The notes beneath the pieces are model-generated. The model was not told the DNA's origin, did no database searches, and worked only from the letters and a program-made list of their open reading frames with translations. This document shows, one piece after another, positions 1-9,035 of a stretch of DNA of 64,000 nucleotides (positions are counted from its first letter, which is position 1; each line of letters starts with the position of its first letter). The stretch lies in contig CAUQIW010000014.1 of the NCBI GenBank assembly GCA_963518515.1, positions 3,359-67,358 of the forward strand, in the 5' to 3' direction. The position numbers and the translations under genes are program-made. Source of the stretch: an uncultured Microbacterium sp. GTDB taxonomy: Bacteria; Actinomycetota; Actinomycetes; Actinomycetales; Microbacteriaceae.

Positions 1-522
1 ACCTACCTGCTGTTCGCCCTCGACATCGGACCCCTGACCCAGCTGATCAACGGGCTCTTCGGCACCGACACGAGCTTCCTCACGGATCCGGGCTGGTTCC
101 GGCCGATCATCGTGCTGCAGGACATCTGGAAGAACACCGGATGGGGGACGATCATCTTCCTGGCGGCGCTCGCCAGCGTCGACCAGGAGCAGTACGAGGC
201 GGCGATCATCGACGGAGCGGGCAGATTCAAGAGGGTCTGGCACGTCACGCTCCCCGCGATCCGGCCGACCATCATCATCCTGCTCGTGCTGCAGATGGGG
301 CAGGTGCTCAACACCGGCTTCGAGCAGATCTACCTGATGACCAACTCGCTGAACCGGCAGGTCGCCGACGTCTTCGACACCTACGTGTACTTCATGGGAA
401 TCACGCAGGGGTCCTACAGCTATAGCACCGCGGTCGGCCTCTTCAAGGCGGTGGTGGGCGTCGTGCTCATCTTCGGTGCGAACTGGCTCGCCAAGCGCTT
501 CAACCAGACGGGGATCTTCTGA
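1..522 (+). CDS. carbohydrate ABC transporter permease, C-terminal part (gene begins upstream of window)
   Basis: Frame 1 is open from base 1. Carries a binding-protein-dependent permease EAA loop (EAAIIDGAGRFKRVWHVTLPAIRP) and an LplB/YesP-like C-terminus. Stop TGA 520-522 overlaps the next ATG (TGATG). Confidence 0.85.
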   Translation, partial: TYLLFALDIGPLTQLINGLFGTDTSFLTDPGWFRPIIVLQDIWKNTGWGTIIFLAALASVDQEQYEAAIIDGAGRFKRVWHVTLPAIRPTIIILLVLQMGQVLNTGFEQIYLMTNSLNRQVADVFDTYVYFMGITQGSYSYSTAVGLFKAVVGVVLIFGANWLAKRFNQTGIF

Positions 523-1403
523 TGGCACGCGAGAAGTACCGATTCAACACGCCCGCTGGACGGGTGTTCGACGTCTTCAACGTCGGCGTCCTCATCGCCG
601 TCGGCGTGGTGGCGGTGATCCCGTTCGCCTACGTGATCGCGGGCTCCTTCGCGACGGAGCTCGAGCTCGCCACGCGATCGTTCTTCGTCTGGCCCGAGAC
701 CTTCAGTCTGCGCGCCTACGAGTCGATCCTCACCAGCCCGACCTTCCTGCGCGCGATGGTCACGACCATCCTCGTGACCGTGGTCGGCACGGGCATCCAG
801 CTGCTCCTCACCGCGTCGATGGCGTATCCGCTGTCGAAGGCCAACCTGCCGGGGCGGCGCACGCTGATCTCCCTCGTCGTGTTCACGCTGGTCTTCTCCG
901 GCGGCATGATCCCGACCTTCCTGATGGTCAAGGATCTGGGACTCCTCGACACCTACTGGGCGCTCATCCTGCCGCTCGCGATCAACCCCTTCAGCCTCAT
1001 CATCATCAAGAACTTCTTCGAGCAGCTGCCGGGCGAGCTCGAGGAGTCGGCCAAGATCGACGGCGCCAACGAGATGCAGACGCTGTGGCGGATCATCCTG
1101 CCGCTGTCGAAGCCGGTGCTCGCCACCTTCGCGCTGTTCTACGCGGTGGGCATCTGGAACGACTTCATGTCTCCTCTGCTGTACCTCAACGACAGTTCGA
1201 TGTGGACGCTGCAGATGTTCCTGCGCCAGGTCACCGTGGCGACGGATCTCTCGATGCTGCAGGCGGATGCCGGGCAGCTGCCACCCGCTCAGGGCATCAA
1301 GTTCGCGGTCATCGTCGTGGCCACGCTGCCGATCCTGTTGTTCTACCCCTTCCTCCAGAAGCACTTCGCGAAGGGGATGCTGATCGGATCGGTGAAGGGG
1401 TGA
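522..1403 (+). CDS. carbohydrate ABC transporter permease (LplC/YesQ-like)
   Basis: 293 aa with multiple TM segments and the EAA-type loop EESAKIDGANEMQTLWRIILPLSKP. Translationally coupled to both neighbours. Confidence 0.9.
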   Translation: MAREKYRFNTPAGRVFDVFNVGVLIAVGVVAVIPFAYVIAGSFATELELATRSFFVWPETFSLRAYESILTSPTFLRAMVTTILVTVVGTGIQLLLTASMAYPLSKANLPGRRTLISLVVFTLVFSGGMIPTFLMVKDLGLLDTYWALILPLAINPFSLIIIKNFFEQLPGELEESAKIDGANEMQTLWRIILPLSKPVLATFALFYAVGIWNDFMSPLLYLNDSSMWTLQMFLRQVTVATDLSMLQADAGQLPPAQGIKFAVIVVATLPILLFYPFLQKHFAKGMLIGSVKG

Positions 1404-2044
1404 CGCTGCTCTACCGCAACGCGCTCGCGTCGCCCGGAGACCTCGATGACTGGGTCGCGGAGGGGCCGGTGCGCGCGGCCGCCGTCGACGGAGAGCTGCT
1501 GCTCGCGGGCAGCGGGGGCGTCGACGAGCACTGGACGCTGTGGTGCCCCGAGGTCTTCGACGACCGCATCCGCGTCTCGTGGGAGTTCTCGCCGAGAGAC
1601 GAGCCGGGCCTGGCGATGCTGTTCTTCGGGGCTGCCGCCGCCGACGGCGGAGGCATCTTCGATCCCGACGTCGCGCCGCGCGACGGGTCGTATCCGCAGT
1701 ACCACTCCGGCGACATCCGCACGCTGCACGTGTCATATTTCCGTCGCCGGTGGGACGACGAGCGTGCCTTCCACACCTGCAATCTGCGCAAGTCGCCCGG
1801 ATTCCACCTGGTGAGCCAGGGTGCAGACCCGTTGCCCGGCGTCGCCGACGCACGGGGCGACTTCTACCGCGTGAGCGTCGTGAAGGATGCTGCGCGCGTG
1901 ACCTTCTCGATCGACGACCTGGAGCTCTTCGACTGGACGGATGACGAGTCGACGGGTCCTCGTGTGCGCGAGGGCCGAATCGGCTTCCGACAGATGGCTC
2001 CGTTGACCGCCGCCTACCGAAACCTCGAGGTGCACTCGCTATGA
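1400..2044 (+). CDS. DUF1961 (YesU-like) family protein
   Basis: GTG 1400 overlaps the upstream stop (GTGA). The sequence resembles the YesU-type concanavalin-like proteins found next to Lpl/Yes sugar transporters. The ORF-track start at 476 would run through the permease gene and is not used. Confidence 0.7.
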   Translation: MTLLYRNALASPGDLDDWVAEGPVRAAAVDGELLLAGSGGVDEHWTLWCPEVFDDRIRVSWEFSPRDEPGLAMLFFGAAAADGGGIFDPDVAPRDGSYPQYHSGDIRTLHVSYFRRRWDDERAFHTCNLRKSPGFHLVSQGADPLPGVADARGDFYRVSVVKDAARVTFSIDDLELFDWTDDESTGPRVREGRIGFRQMAPLTAAYRNLEVHSL

Positions 2045-4674
2045 CCGACTCCGTGACCGTTCCCCTGCGCTGGCTCGACGATGACGCCCCGACCGTCGTG
2101 CCGGCCGGCGTCACCTGGGGGGCGCCGTTCCCTCGGGGGCGCGTCGCCTCGGTGTCGGAGCTGCGCCTGCGCCGAGACGGCCAGACGCTGCCCGCGCAGT
2201 TCTGGCCGCTGGCCACCTGGCCCGACGGCTCGCTGAAGTGGGCGGGAGCAGCGCTCGGCGCCACGGAGGGTCCGCTCGACGGACGCTTCGAGATCGTCGC
2301 GAGCGCCGGGGGCGACGATCCCGCGCACCCGCATCCCGTGTCGGTGCATCGCGACGGCGCCTCGGTCGTGGTGCGCAACGGCGTGGTCTCGGTGGAGCTC
2401 GGCGGGCCGCACGACGCCTCGGGCGCGATCATCCGCTCGATCACGCGCGGGTCGACCGTGGTCGCCGAGGATCTCGGGCTGATCAGTCTGAGACAGGGCG
2501 AGGTCCGTGAGGACGGGGGCGGGGCCCCGCGCGAGCACTTCCGCTCCCGGGTGTCCGAGGTCGTCGTGGAGCAGGAGGGCCCCGTGCGCGCGGTCGTCCG
2601 CATCGAGGGGGCGCATCGGTCGGAGTCGGGCGGTCGTGACTGGCTTCCCTTCATCGTCCGGCTCACTGTTGCGGCCGGCTCCGAGCAGATCGACGTGGTG
2701 CACACGATGATCTGGGACGGTGACGGCGACACCGACTTCCTCGCCGGTCTGGGCCTGCGCGGGCGGGTCCCGCTGCGGGCCGAGCTGCACGATCGTCATC
2801 TGCGCTTCGCCGGCGCCGACGGCGGATTCTTCGCCGAGGCGGTGCGGGGGCTCACGGGTCTGCGGCGCGATCCGGGCGCCGAGGTGCGTGCCGCGCAGAT
2901 CGCGGGTGCGCAGACGTCGCCGCCGGCGCAGTGGAACCCTGAGGTGTCCGAACGGCTCGACCTCATTCCGGCATGGTCCGATGCGACGCTCACCCAGCTC
3001 AGCGCCGACGGCTTCAGCATCCGCAAGCGCACGGCGGCCGGCCACGCGTGGATCGACGCGGGCGCGGGCACGCGCGCGGCGGGATATGCATCGCTGAGCG
3101 ATCCGTCGGGCGGACTGGGCATCGGCGTGCGCGGCTTCTGGCAGTCGTATCCCGGGCAGCTCGACATCAGAGGTGCGGCCTCGGATGAGGCGGAGATCAC
3201 CGCGTGGCTGTACGCGCCGCAGGCGCAGGCGATGGACGTGCGGTTCTACCACGACGGACTCGGCCAGGACGATTTCGCGACGCAGCTCGACGCGCTCGAG
3301 ATCACTTACGAGGACTACGAGCCCGGCTTCGGAGACGCGCGAGGTGTGGCGCGCACGCACGAGCTCTCCCTCTTCGCCTACGCGCGCACCCCGCGCATCG
3401 AGCAGGCGGCAGACGACGTGAGTCGACTGCAGGCGCGACCCCTGCTGCAGCCCACCCCCGAGCATCTGCACGCGGTCGGAGTCTTCGGCGACTGGGCGCC
3501 GGTTGACCGGTCGACCCCGCTGCGCGCGGAGATCGAGGACAGCATCGACTTCCTGCTGGAGTTCTACCTCGGGCAGATCGATCAGCGCAGCTGGTACGGC
3601 TTCTGGAACTACGGCGACGTGATGCACGCCTACGACCTCGACCGTCATGTCTGGCGGTACGACGTGGGCGGCTACGCCTGGGACAACAGCGAGCTCTCGC
3701 CCGACCTCTGGCTCTGGTACTCCTACCTCCGCAGCGGGCGGTCTGACGTCTTCCGTCTCGCGGAGGCGATGACGCGGCACACCGGCGAGGTCGACGTGTA
3801 CCACCTCGGTCGCTGGAAGGGCCTGGGTTCCCGGCACAACGTGCAGCACTGGGGATGCAGTGCCAAACAGCTGCGCATCAGCAGCCCGATATATCGGCGG
3901 ATCTACTACTACCTGACGGCGGACGAGCGCGTCGGCGACCTGCTCACCGAACTGCGCGACAGCGACGAGCGGTTCCTCGACACCGACCCGACGCGCAAGG
4001 TCCGCACGGATGCGGCGACCTACCGCCCCGACCGCGCGGCGCTCGCCGTGGGACTCGGAACCGATTGGGGCGCGCTCGCGGCGACCTGGCTCACCGACTG
4101 GGAGCGCACCGGCAACACGCGCTCACGCGATCGGCTGCTCGGCACCATGGAGGACATCGGGGCGCTGCCGAAGGGGTTCCTCACCGGCGAGGCGCTGTAC
4201 GACCTGGATTCCGGGCGGTTCGACACGACCCGCGACCGCGTCTCGGTCTCGCACCTGAACGCGGTGTTCGGGCTGGTCGAGGTCTGCAGCGAGCTCATCT
4301 CGCTGGTCGACGTCCCCGGGTTCCGTGAGGCGTGGGTCGAGTACTGCCGGCTGTACCTGGCCACACCGGAGCAGCAGATCGAGGCGGTCGGCGTCGCGCT
4401 CGACGGCATCCATCTCGAGCAGGCGCACAGTCGACTCGCCGCGTATGCCGCCCGCAGCACCGACGATCCGGAGCTGGCCGACCTCGCCTGGAAGGCGTTC
4501 GAGGGGATGGGGGAGTGGCTCGTGCATCGCCGCGATTTCACGGTGCAGCGGGTCGAGCCGCCACGGGTGCTGAATCCCGTCGACGAGGTCGCCAGCGTGT
4601 CGACGAACGACGCCGCCCAGTACGGCCTCGCGGCGATCCAGAATCTCGCGCTGATCGGCGACCGTCTGCGGTGA
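2041..4674 (+). CDS. large YetA-like protein, possibly PL26-type exo-rhamnogalacturonan lyase family (function uncertain)
   Basis: 877-aa ORF with ATGA overlap to the DUF1961 gene and high-GC third-position codon usage. The N-terminus (GVTWGAPFPRG...WPLATWPDGSLKW) recalls YetA-type proteins of the B. subtilis yes/yet/lpl cluster. Family assignment is from memory only. Confidence 0.65.
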   Translation: MTDSVTVPLRWLDDDAPTVVPAGVTWGAPFPRGRVASVSELRLRRDGQTLPAQFWPLATWPDGSLKWAGAALGATEGPLDGRFEIVASAGGDDPAHPHPVSVHRDGASVVVRNGVVSVELGGPHDASGAIIRSITRGSTVVAEDLGLISLRQGEVREDGGGAPREHFRSRVSEVVVEQEGPVRAVVRIEGAHRSESGGRDWLPFIVRLTVAAGSEQIDVVHTMIWDGDGDTDFLAGLGLRGRVPLRAELHDRHLRFAGADGGFFAEAVRGLTGLRRDPGAEVRAAQIAGAQTSPPAQWNPEVSERLDLIPAWSDATLTQLSADGFSIRKRTAAGHAWIDAGAGTRAAGYASLSDPSGGLGIGVRGFWQSYPGQLDIRGAASDEAEITAWLYAPQAQAMDVRFYHDGLGQDDFATQLDALEITYEDYEPGFGDARGVARTHELSLFAYARTPRIEQAADDVSRLQARPLLQPTPEHLHAVGVFGDWAPVDRSTPLRAEIEDSIDFLLEFYLGQIDQRSWYGFWNYGDVMHAYDLDRHVWRYDVGGYAWDNSELSPDLWLWYSYLRSGRSDVFRLAEAMTRHTGEVDVYHLGRWKGLGSRHNVQHWGCSAKQLRISSPIYRRIYYYLTADERVGDLLTELRDSDERFLDTDPTRKVRTDAATYRPDRAALAVGLGTDWGALAATWLTDWERTGNTRSRDRLLGTMEDIGALPKGFLTGEALYDLDSGRFDTTRDRVSVSHLNAVFGLVEVCSELISLVDVPGFREAWVEYCRLYLATPEQQIEAVGVALDGIHLEQAHSRLAAYAARSTDDPELADLAWKAFEGMGEWLVHRRDFTVQRVEPPRVLNPVDEVASVSTNDAAQYGLAAIQNLALIGDRLR

Positions 4675-4720
4675 TCCCCGGCCCGGCTCCTCGGCTGCCG
4701 CGGGCTCCCCGGCCCGCGCT

Positions 4721-4801
4721 CCATAACTCCGGAGATGGCGACCGTTCCGGGTGCTTCTGTCCCTCGCTGGGGTGGATGCCACCGGATCTCCGGAGTTATG
4801 G
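4721..4801. repeat. 81-bp hairpin element with perfect 16-bp terminal inverted repeats (CCATAACTCCGGAGAT / ATCTCCGGAGTTATGG)
   Basis: Arms at 4721-4736 and 4786-4801 are exact reverse complements. A second related copy lies at 43790-43863. Confidence 0.85.
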
Positions 4802-4917
4802 AGGGGACGTCGACGGACCATTGGGTCCGCCGGGGCGGTCGACACCGGGACGCGGGCTGACCGGTGCTCGTTCAGGAGAGGGTTGGCCGCGTCGTCGCCG
4901 TGTGGTTGCATGACGGC

Positions 4918-5454
4918 ATGACTGCACTCCGGGGGGACAGGTCGAGAGGCGCTTACGCGCTGCTCGTGCTCACGACGACTCTGCTGCTCGGGGGGTGCGC
5001 GACCACAGGCGCGCTGCCCGCCGCCGTCACACCCACAGCGTCGCCGTCGCCGACGCCCACGGTCGCCTGCCCCGAGGTGGAAGGCACCGAGCTGCCGCCC
5101 GAGTGCGCGCCGTACGATCCTGACAAGGCGATGGCGCAGAACGATCAGTACCGCGAGCGCATGGAGATGTCTGACGAGAGTCGGAGTGCGGCCGAGGCGC
5201 CGGCCGCGTCGGTGCGCACCGCGCTCGAGGCTCTGCGAACCTCCGGCGACCTGTCGACCGAGGCCGTGGAGGCGGCGATCGCCGAGACGGGCATCACCGA
5301 CATCCAGACTCTCGGTGATGAACGTGCCGTGGCGTTCGGCGCGGCTGCGCCTCAGGGCGGGTGCGTCTTCGGAGAGATCCGCGCTGAACTGATCACCGTC
5401 GAGATCGGCGGCTTCATCATGGACGGCGGCTGTCTGCCGGCAGTCGGCCACTGA
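4918..5454 (+). CDS. lipoprotein, function unknown
   Basis: MTALRGDRSRGAYALLVLTTTLLLGGC gives a positively charged n-region, an h-region and the lipobox LLGGC. The start is chosen at ATG 4918 rather than the track start at 4864. Confidence 0.65.
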   Translation: MTALRGDRSRGAYALLVLTTTLLLGGCATTGALPAAVTPTASPSPTPTVACPEVEGTELPPECAPYDPDKAMAQNDQYRERMEMSDESRSAAEAPAASVRTALEALRTSGDLSTEAVEAAIAETGITDIQTLGDERAVAFGAAAPQGGCVFGEIRAELITVEIGGFIMDGGCLPAVGH

Positions 5455-5547
5455 CCGGCCCGACCTGGCGCGAGCCGACCGACCAGACCCGACCGACGCA
5501 GACCCGACCGACCGAACCCGAACGACTCGAATCCGACCGACGGGCGA

Positions 5548-5754
5548 TCACACGTCGGTGCGGAACCCCGCTGCCTTGTGCGTGCCGTCGCAGAACGGCT
5601 TGATCGTCGAGAGCCCGCACCGGCAGAGGGCGACGGTGCGCCGCGTGACCTGGATCTTCTCGCCGTCAGAGGTCTGCAGCTCGGCGGCACCCCGCACGAG
5701 CAGCGGCCCGTCGGGGTAGGCGGTGATGGTCACCGCATCGTCCGACGCGCTCAC
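5548..5754 (-). CDS. CDGSH iron-sulfur domain protein
   Basis: CRCGLSTIKPFCDGTH matches the CDGSH 2Fe-2S signature C-x-C-x2-S/T-x3-P-x-C-D-G-x-H. GTG 5754 overlaps the upstream TGA (GTGA). Confidence 0.85.
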   Translation of the reverse strand: MSASDDAVTITAYPDGPLLVRGAAELQTSDGEKIQVTRRTVALCRCGLSTIKPFCDGTHKAAGFRTDV

Positions 5755-6788
5755 CGTGTGCGCTCGCGCAGAGACGTCTCGCCGCGCGACCAGGTGTCGA
5801 GCATGTGACCGGCGGCCCAGCCGTCGACGGTGAGGCACGCGGCGGCGCCGAACATGATGTCGGCGAGAAGATCGGGGCGATCCTCGGCCAGCCCTCCGGC
5901 CAGGTCGCGGGCGGCGATCTGCTCGTGCACGGCGTCGGCCTCGACGTGCTCGTCGAAGTAGTCGGTGACGTCGTCGGTGAATCCGAGGCGCCGCAGTCCG
6001 TCTCCGTACATGCGGTTGGGGATCGACGAGGTGATCTCGAACGCCGCGAGGTGGCCGACGATCGCACCCAGCAGGCGACGGTTGAGGCCGAACATCGACA
6101 TCATGTTGTGCGAGGCGAGGGTGATCGCGGGCACGTCGTCGACGTAGGCGCCGTACGTGTCGTCGAGCCCCGCGCCGCGCATCGCTCTCGCGAAGATCGT
6201 GGCGTGCACGCGATCGGGGCGGCCGCCACCGTACTCGTCGGACTGGATCTCGACGAGCGCGGCCTTCGCCCGTCCGCGCAGTCGCGGGATGCCCCAGGAG
6301 TGCGGGTCCGCCTCGCGCAGCGTGTAGACCGAGCGCTGCATGAAGAACTCCTGCATCTGCTCGGCGGTCGCCTTCTTCGCGACGTATCGCGAGAGGCTCG
6401 GCCCCGTGTCGGCCTCCGCCAGGGCGAAGAGCGCCCGGCCGACCGCATCCACCGTGGCCTCGGGCAGCTCCGGCTGAGGCACGGTGTCGCGCAGCGCGCG
6501 CTCGAAGGCGGTCTCGAGCAGCGCCCGTGTGGCGATGAGCTCAGGGTCCCACTCGAGGGCGGGGTCGAGCTCGGGAAGAGACCCGTACGACGAGGCATAG
6601 AGCAGGAACAGCGCGAGCTGGATGTCGTCGTCACGCACCACGTCGGCGGTCGTCGCGAGCGCGAGCTCGGCCTGCGCGCGGTGGTCGGTGTCACCCTGTG
6701 CCGTCAGCCGCTGCAGCACGGCGCTGCTGAGCGCTCCACGGGAGCTGATGCCGCTGAGCGCGGAGGAGGTGAGGACTGGCGATGCCAC
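5751..6788 (-). CDS. iron-containing redox enzyme family protein (heme-oxygenase-like fold)
   Basis: 345 aa, helical, with His/Glu/Asp-rich motifs (EIQSDEYGGG, HLAAFE, DEHVEADAVHE) typical of the heme-oxygenase-like di-iron family. GTG start is preceded by GGGAG. Confidence 0.75.
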   Translation of the reverse strand: MASPVLTSSALSGISSRGALSSAVLQRLTAQGDTDHRAQAELALATTADVVRDDDIQLALFLLYASSYGSLPELDPALEWDPELIATRALLETAFERALRDTVPQPELPEATVDAVGRALFALAEADTGPSLSRYVAKKATAEQMQEFFMQRSVYTLREADPHSWGIPRLRGRAKAALVEIQSDEYGGGRPDRVHATIFARAMRGAGLDDTYGAYVDDVPAITLASHNMMSMFGLNRRLLGAIVGHLAAFEITSSIPNRMYGDGLRRLGFTDDVTDYFDEHVEADAVHEQIAARDLAGGLAEDRPDLLADIMFGAAACLTVDGWAAGHMLDTWSRGETSLRERTR

Positions 6789-6949
6789 GGAGGACTCCCA
6801 TCGATCGGATGCTCGCAGTCTCCCTCCGACCCGCGCCGCTGCGGAAGGGACTTGACGTCGGTGCCTCCGGTGCGGAAGGGCATGCGCACGCGCGACGGAG
6901 CGGAATGCACGCGCACGCGCGACGGTGCGGTGGACTCTAGGCTGGACGG

Positions 6950-7129
6950 ATGAACAAGAACTCGCTCTGGACGATCGTCGGCGTCATCCTGGCGATCGTG
7001 ATCGCCTGGTGGATCGTCAGCGCGCTCTTCTCGATCCTGTGGTTCATCGCGAAGCTCGGGATCGTGCTGGTCGTCGCGGTCGTGGTGTTCTTCGTGCTCC
7101 GCAGCCTCTTCACCTCCAAGGTCGACTGA
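6950..7129 (+). CDS. small membrane protein (59 aa), absent from the ORF track because it is under 60 aa
   Basis: ATG 6950 to TGA 7127-7129 encodes MNKNSLWTIVGVILAIVIAWWIVSALFSILWFIAKLGIVLVVAVVVFFVLRSLFTSKVD. It has two hydrophobic helices and GC-rich third codon positions. TAGGCT lies 6 nt upstream of the ATG, a leaderless-type arrangement. Confidence 0.55.
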   Translation: MNKNSLWTIVGVILAIVIAWWIVSALFSILWFIAKLGIVLVVAVVVFFVLRSLFTSKVD

Positions 7130-7189
7130 CCCGCGCGAGCGACCGAGCGCGCCGCCTCACATCCGGCGGCGTCGCGTCGTCGAAGAGGT

Positions 7190-7621
7190 ATGAGACGCCT
7201 CCACCTCTTCACCCTCTCCTTCTCCGCGCTGCTCGGTCTGTTCGTCGGCGGATGGGCCTACTTCGCCGCCCGAAGCTTCTACGACTCGTTCCCCGGCATC
7301 CTCGGATCGTGGGTCTCGGTCGACGGGCCCTTCAACGAGCACCTGATCCGTGACGTCGGCGCGATGTACCTGGCGCTCGCCGCGGCGAGCGTCGGCGGTC
7401 TGCTGTGGCGGCATCCGCTCGTCTTCCGGGTGCTCGGGCTCGCCTGGACGGTCTTCGGCCTGCTGCACTTCCTGTACCACGCCGGTCACCTCGAGCACAT
7501 GTCCCTCGAGGCGGCGATCGGCGAGATGGTCGCGCTGGGTGTGAGCCTGGTGCTCGGCATCCTGCTCCTGATCCCCGATCGAGCAGCGGATGCCGTGAAG
7601 ACGGTCACGCCGGAAAGGTGA
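7190..7621 (+). CDS. hypothetical integral membrane protein
   Basis: 143 aa with about 4 predicted TM helices and codon usage consistent with coding. No recognisable catalytic motif. Confidence 0.6.
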   Translation: MRRLHLFTLSFSALLGLFVGGWAYFAARSFYDSFPGILGSWVSVDGPFNEHLIRDVGAMYLALAAASVGGLLWRHPLVFRVLGLAWTVFGLLHFLYHAGHLEHMSLEAAIGEMVALGVSLVLGILLLIPDRAADAVKTVTPER

Positions 7622-7649
7622 CGCCCTCAAGGTCTGACGGCAGGCGTGA

Positions 7650-9035
7650 TCAGACCGCGCGCGCGGGCGTGCCGATGCGGTATCTCGCGGCCCGATGGGT
7701 GTCCTGCACACGATCGCCCTTGCCCTGCAGCTTGTGACGCAGCGTTCCCGGTGTGTACTCCTCGGGGTAGGCGCCGCGCTCACGCAGCACGGGGATGACG
7801 TGCTCGATGACGTCCTGCCAGGTGCCGGGGGTGACGGCGTACGCGAGGTTGAAGCCGTCGATGTCGGTCTCGTCCATCCAGGACTGCAGCTCGTCGGCGA
7901 TCTCGACGCCCGAGCCGACGACCGTGGGCCCGAGGCCGCCGATCGCGTTGTGCCGCCCGAAGTCTCCGACGGTCCACTCGCGGCCGAGGTCCGCCTCCTC
8001 CTTGAGGTGCTGCAGCACCGACTGGATCGCGTTCGACTCGACGTTGCCGACCGGCTCGTCCTCGGCGTACTGCGACAGGTCGACGCCCATCCAGCCCGAC
8101 ATGAACGTGAGAGCGCCCTCGGGGCTCGCGTACGAGAGGTACTCGGCGTGCTTCGCGGTCGCCTCCTCGGAGGTCGCCGCCGTGATGACGGTGAGCAGCG
8201 TGTAGATGCGCGCGTCGTACCGGCCGCGCCCGGCGGCTTCGAGAGCATCCCTGATGCGCTTCACGGTTCCCGCGAGGACCTCCTTCGAGGGCGCCGCGAC
8301 GAAGATGGCCTCGGCGTTCTCCGAGGCGAAGCGCACGCCGCGCGGGCTCGCCCCGGCCTGGTAGATGACCGGCGTGCGCTGCGGTGACGGCTCGGAGATG
8401 TGGATGCCGGGAACGCTGAAGTGCTTCCCCTCGTGTCCGATCGGATGCACCTTGGCGGGGTCGGTGAAGATGCCGCGCTCGCGGTCCTCGACCACCGCGT
8501 CGTCCTCCCACGATCCTTCCCACAGCTTGTAGAGCACCTCGACGTACTCGTCCGCGTGGTCGTAGCGGTCGTCGTGGGCGAGCTGATCCTCCTGGCCCAT
8601 GTTGCGCGCGGCGCTGGGCAGGTATCCGGTCACCACGTTCCAGCCGACGCGTCCCTGCGTGAGGTGATCGAGCGTGCTGAGGCGGCGCGCGAACGGGTAC
8701 GGATGCTCGAACGCCGTGCCCGCGGTGATGCCGAAGCCCAGGTGCTCGGTGACCGCGGCCATCGCGCTGACGAGCAGGATCGGATCGTTCACGGGCACCT
8801 GCGCGCCGTTGCGGATCGCGGCCTCGTTCGTTCCACCGTAGACGTCGTAGGTGCCGAGCACATCGGCGATGAAGATGCCGTCGAAGGTCGCGCTCTCGAG
8901 CAGCTGCGCGAGATCCGTCCAGTACCTGATCGTGTTGTACTGGCGCGAGCGGTCGTCCGGATGCCGCCACAGCCCGGACGACTGGTGGGCGACGCAGTTC
9001 ATGTCGAAGGCGTTGAAGCGGATCTGGCGGCTCAT
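7650..9035 (-). CDS. LLM-class flavin-dependent monooxygenase (NtaA/SnaA/DszA family)
   Basis: MSRQIRFNAFDMNCVAHQSSGLWRHP... and the rest of the sequence are typical of the nitrilotriacetate monooxygenase component A family. Start is ATG 9035. Confidence 0.9.
   Translation of the reverse strand: MSRQIRFNAFDMNCVAHQSSGLWRHPDDRSRQYNTIRYWTDLAQLLESATFDGIFIADVLGTYDVYGGTNEAAIRNGAQVPVNDPILLVSAMAAVTEHLGFGITAGTAFEHPYPFARRLSTLDHLTQGRVGWNVVTGYLPSAARNMGQEDQLAHDDRYDHADEYVEVLYKLWEGSWEDDAVVEDRERGIFTDPAKVHPIGHEGKHFSVPGIHISEPSPQRTPVIYQAGASPRGVRFASENAEAIFVAAPSKEVLAGTVKRIRDALEAAGRGRYDARIYTLLTVITAATSEEATAKHAEYLSYASPEGALTFMSGWMGVDLSQYAEDEPVGNVESNAIQSVLQHLKEEADLGREWTVGDFGRHNAIGGLGPTVVGSGVEIADELQSWMDETDIDGFNLAYAVTPGTWQDVIEHVIPVLRERGAYPEEYTPGTLRHKLQGKGDRVQDTHRAARYRIGTPARAV

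Noticed and set aside
420-2732. 770-aa minus-strand ORF, with similar long ORFs such as 2014-3849 minus, 5805-6953 plus and 13735-15240 plus
   Set aside because: These are typical high-GC shadow ORFs. Their translations are Arg/Pro/Gly/Ala-rich low-complexity sequence with no motifs. They lie antisense to or out of frame with genes that carry clear family signatures.
5485-5514. Two tandem 15-mers (AGACCCGACCGAC..) in the convergent gap after the 4918 lipoprotein gene
   Set aside because: This is a short CCGACCGA-type low-complexity sequence between two stop codons. There is no hairpin, no other copies noticed, and no obvious function.
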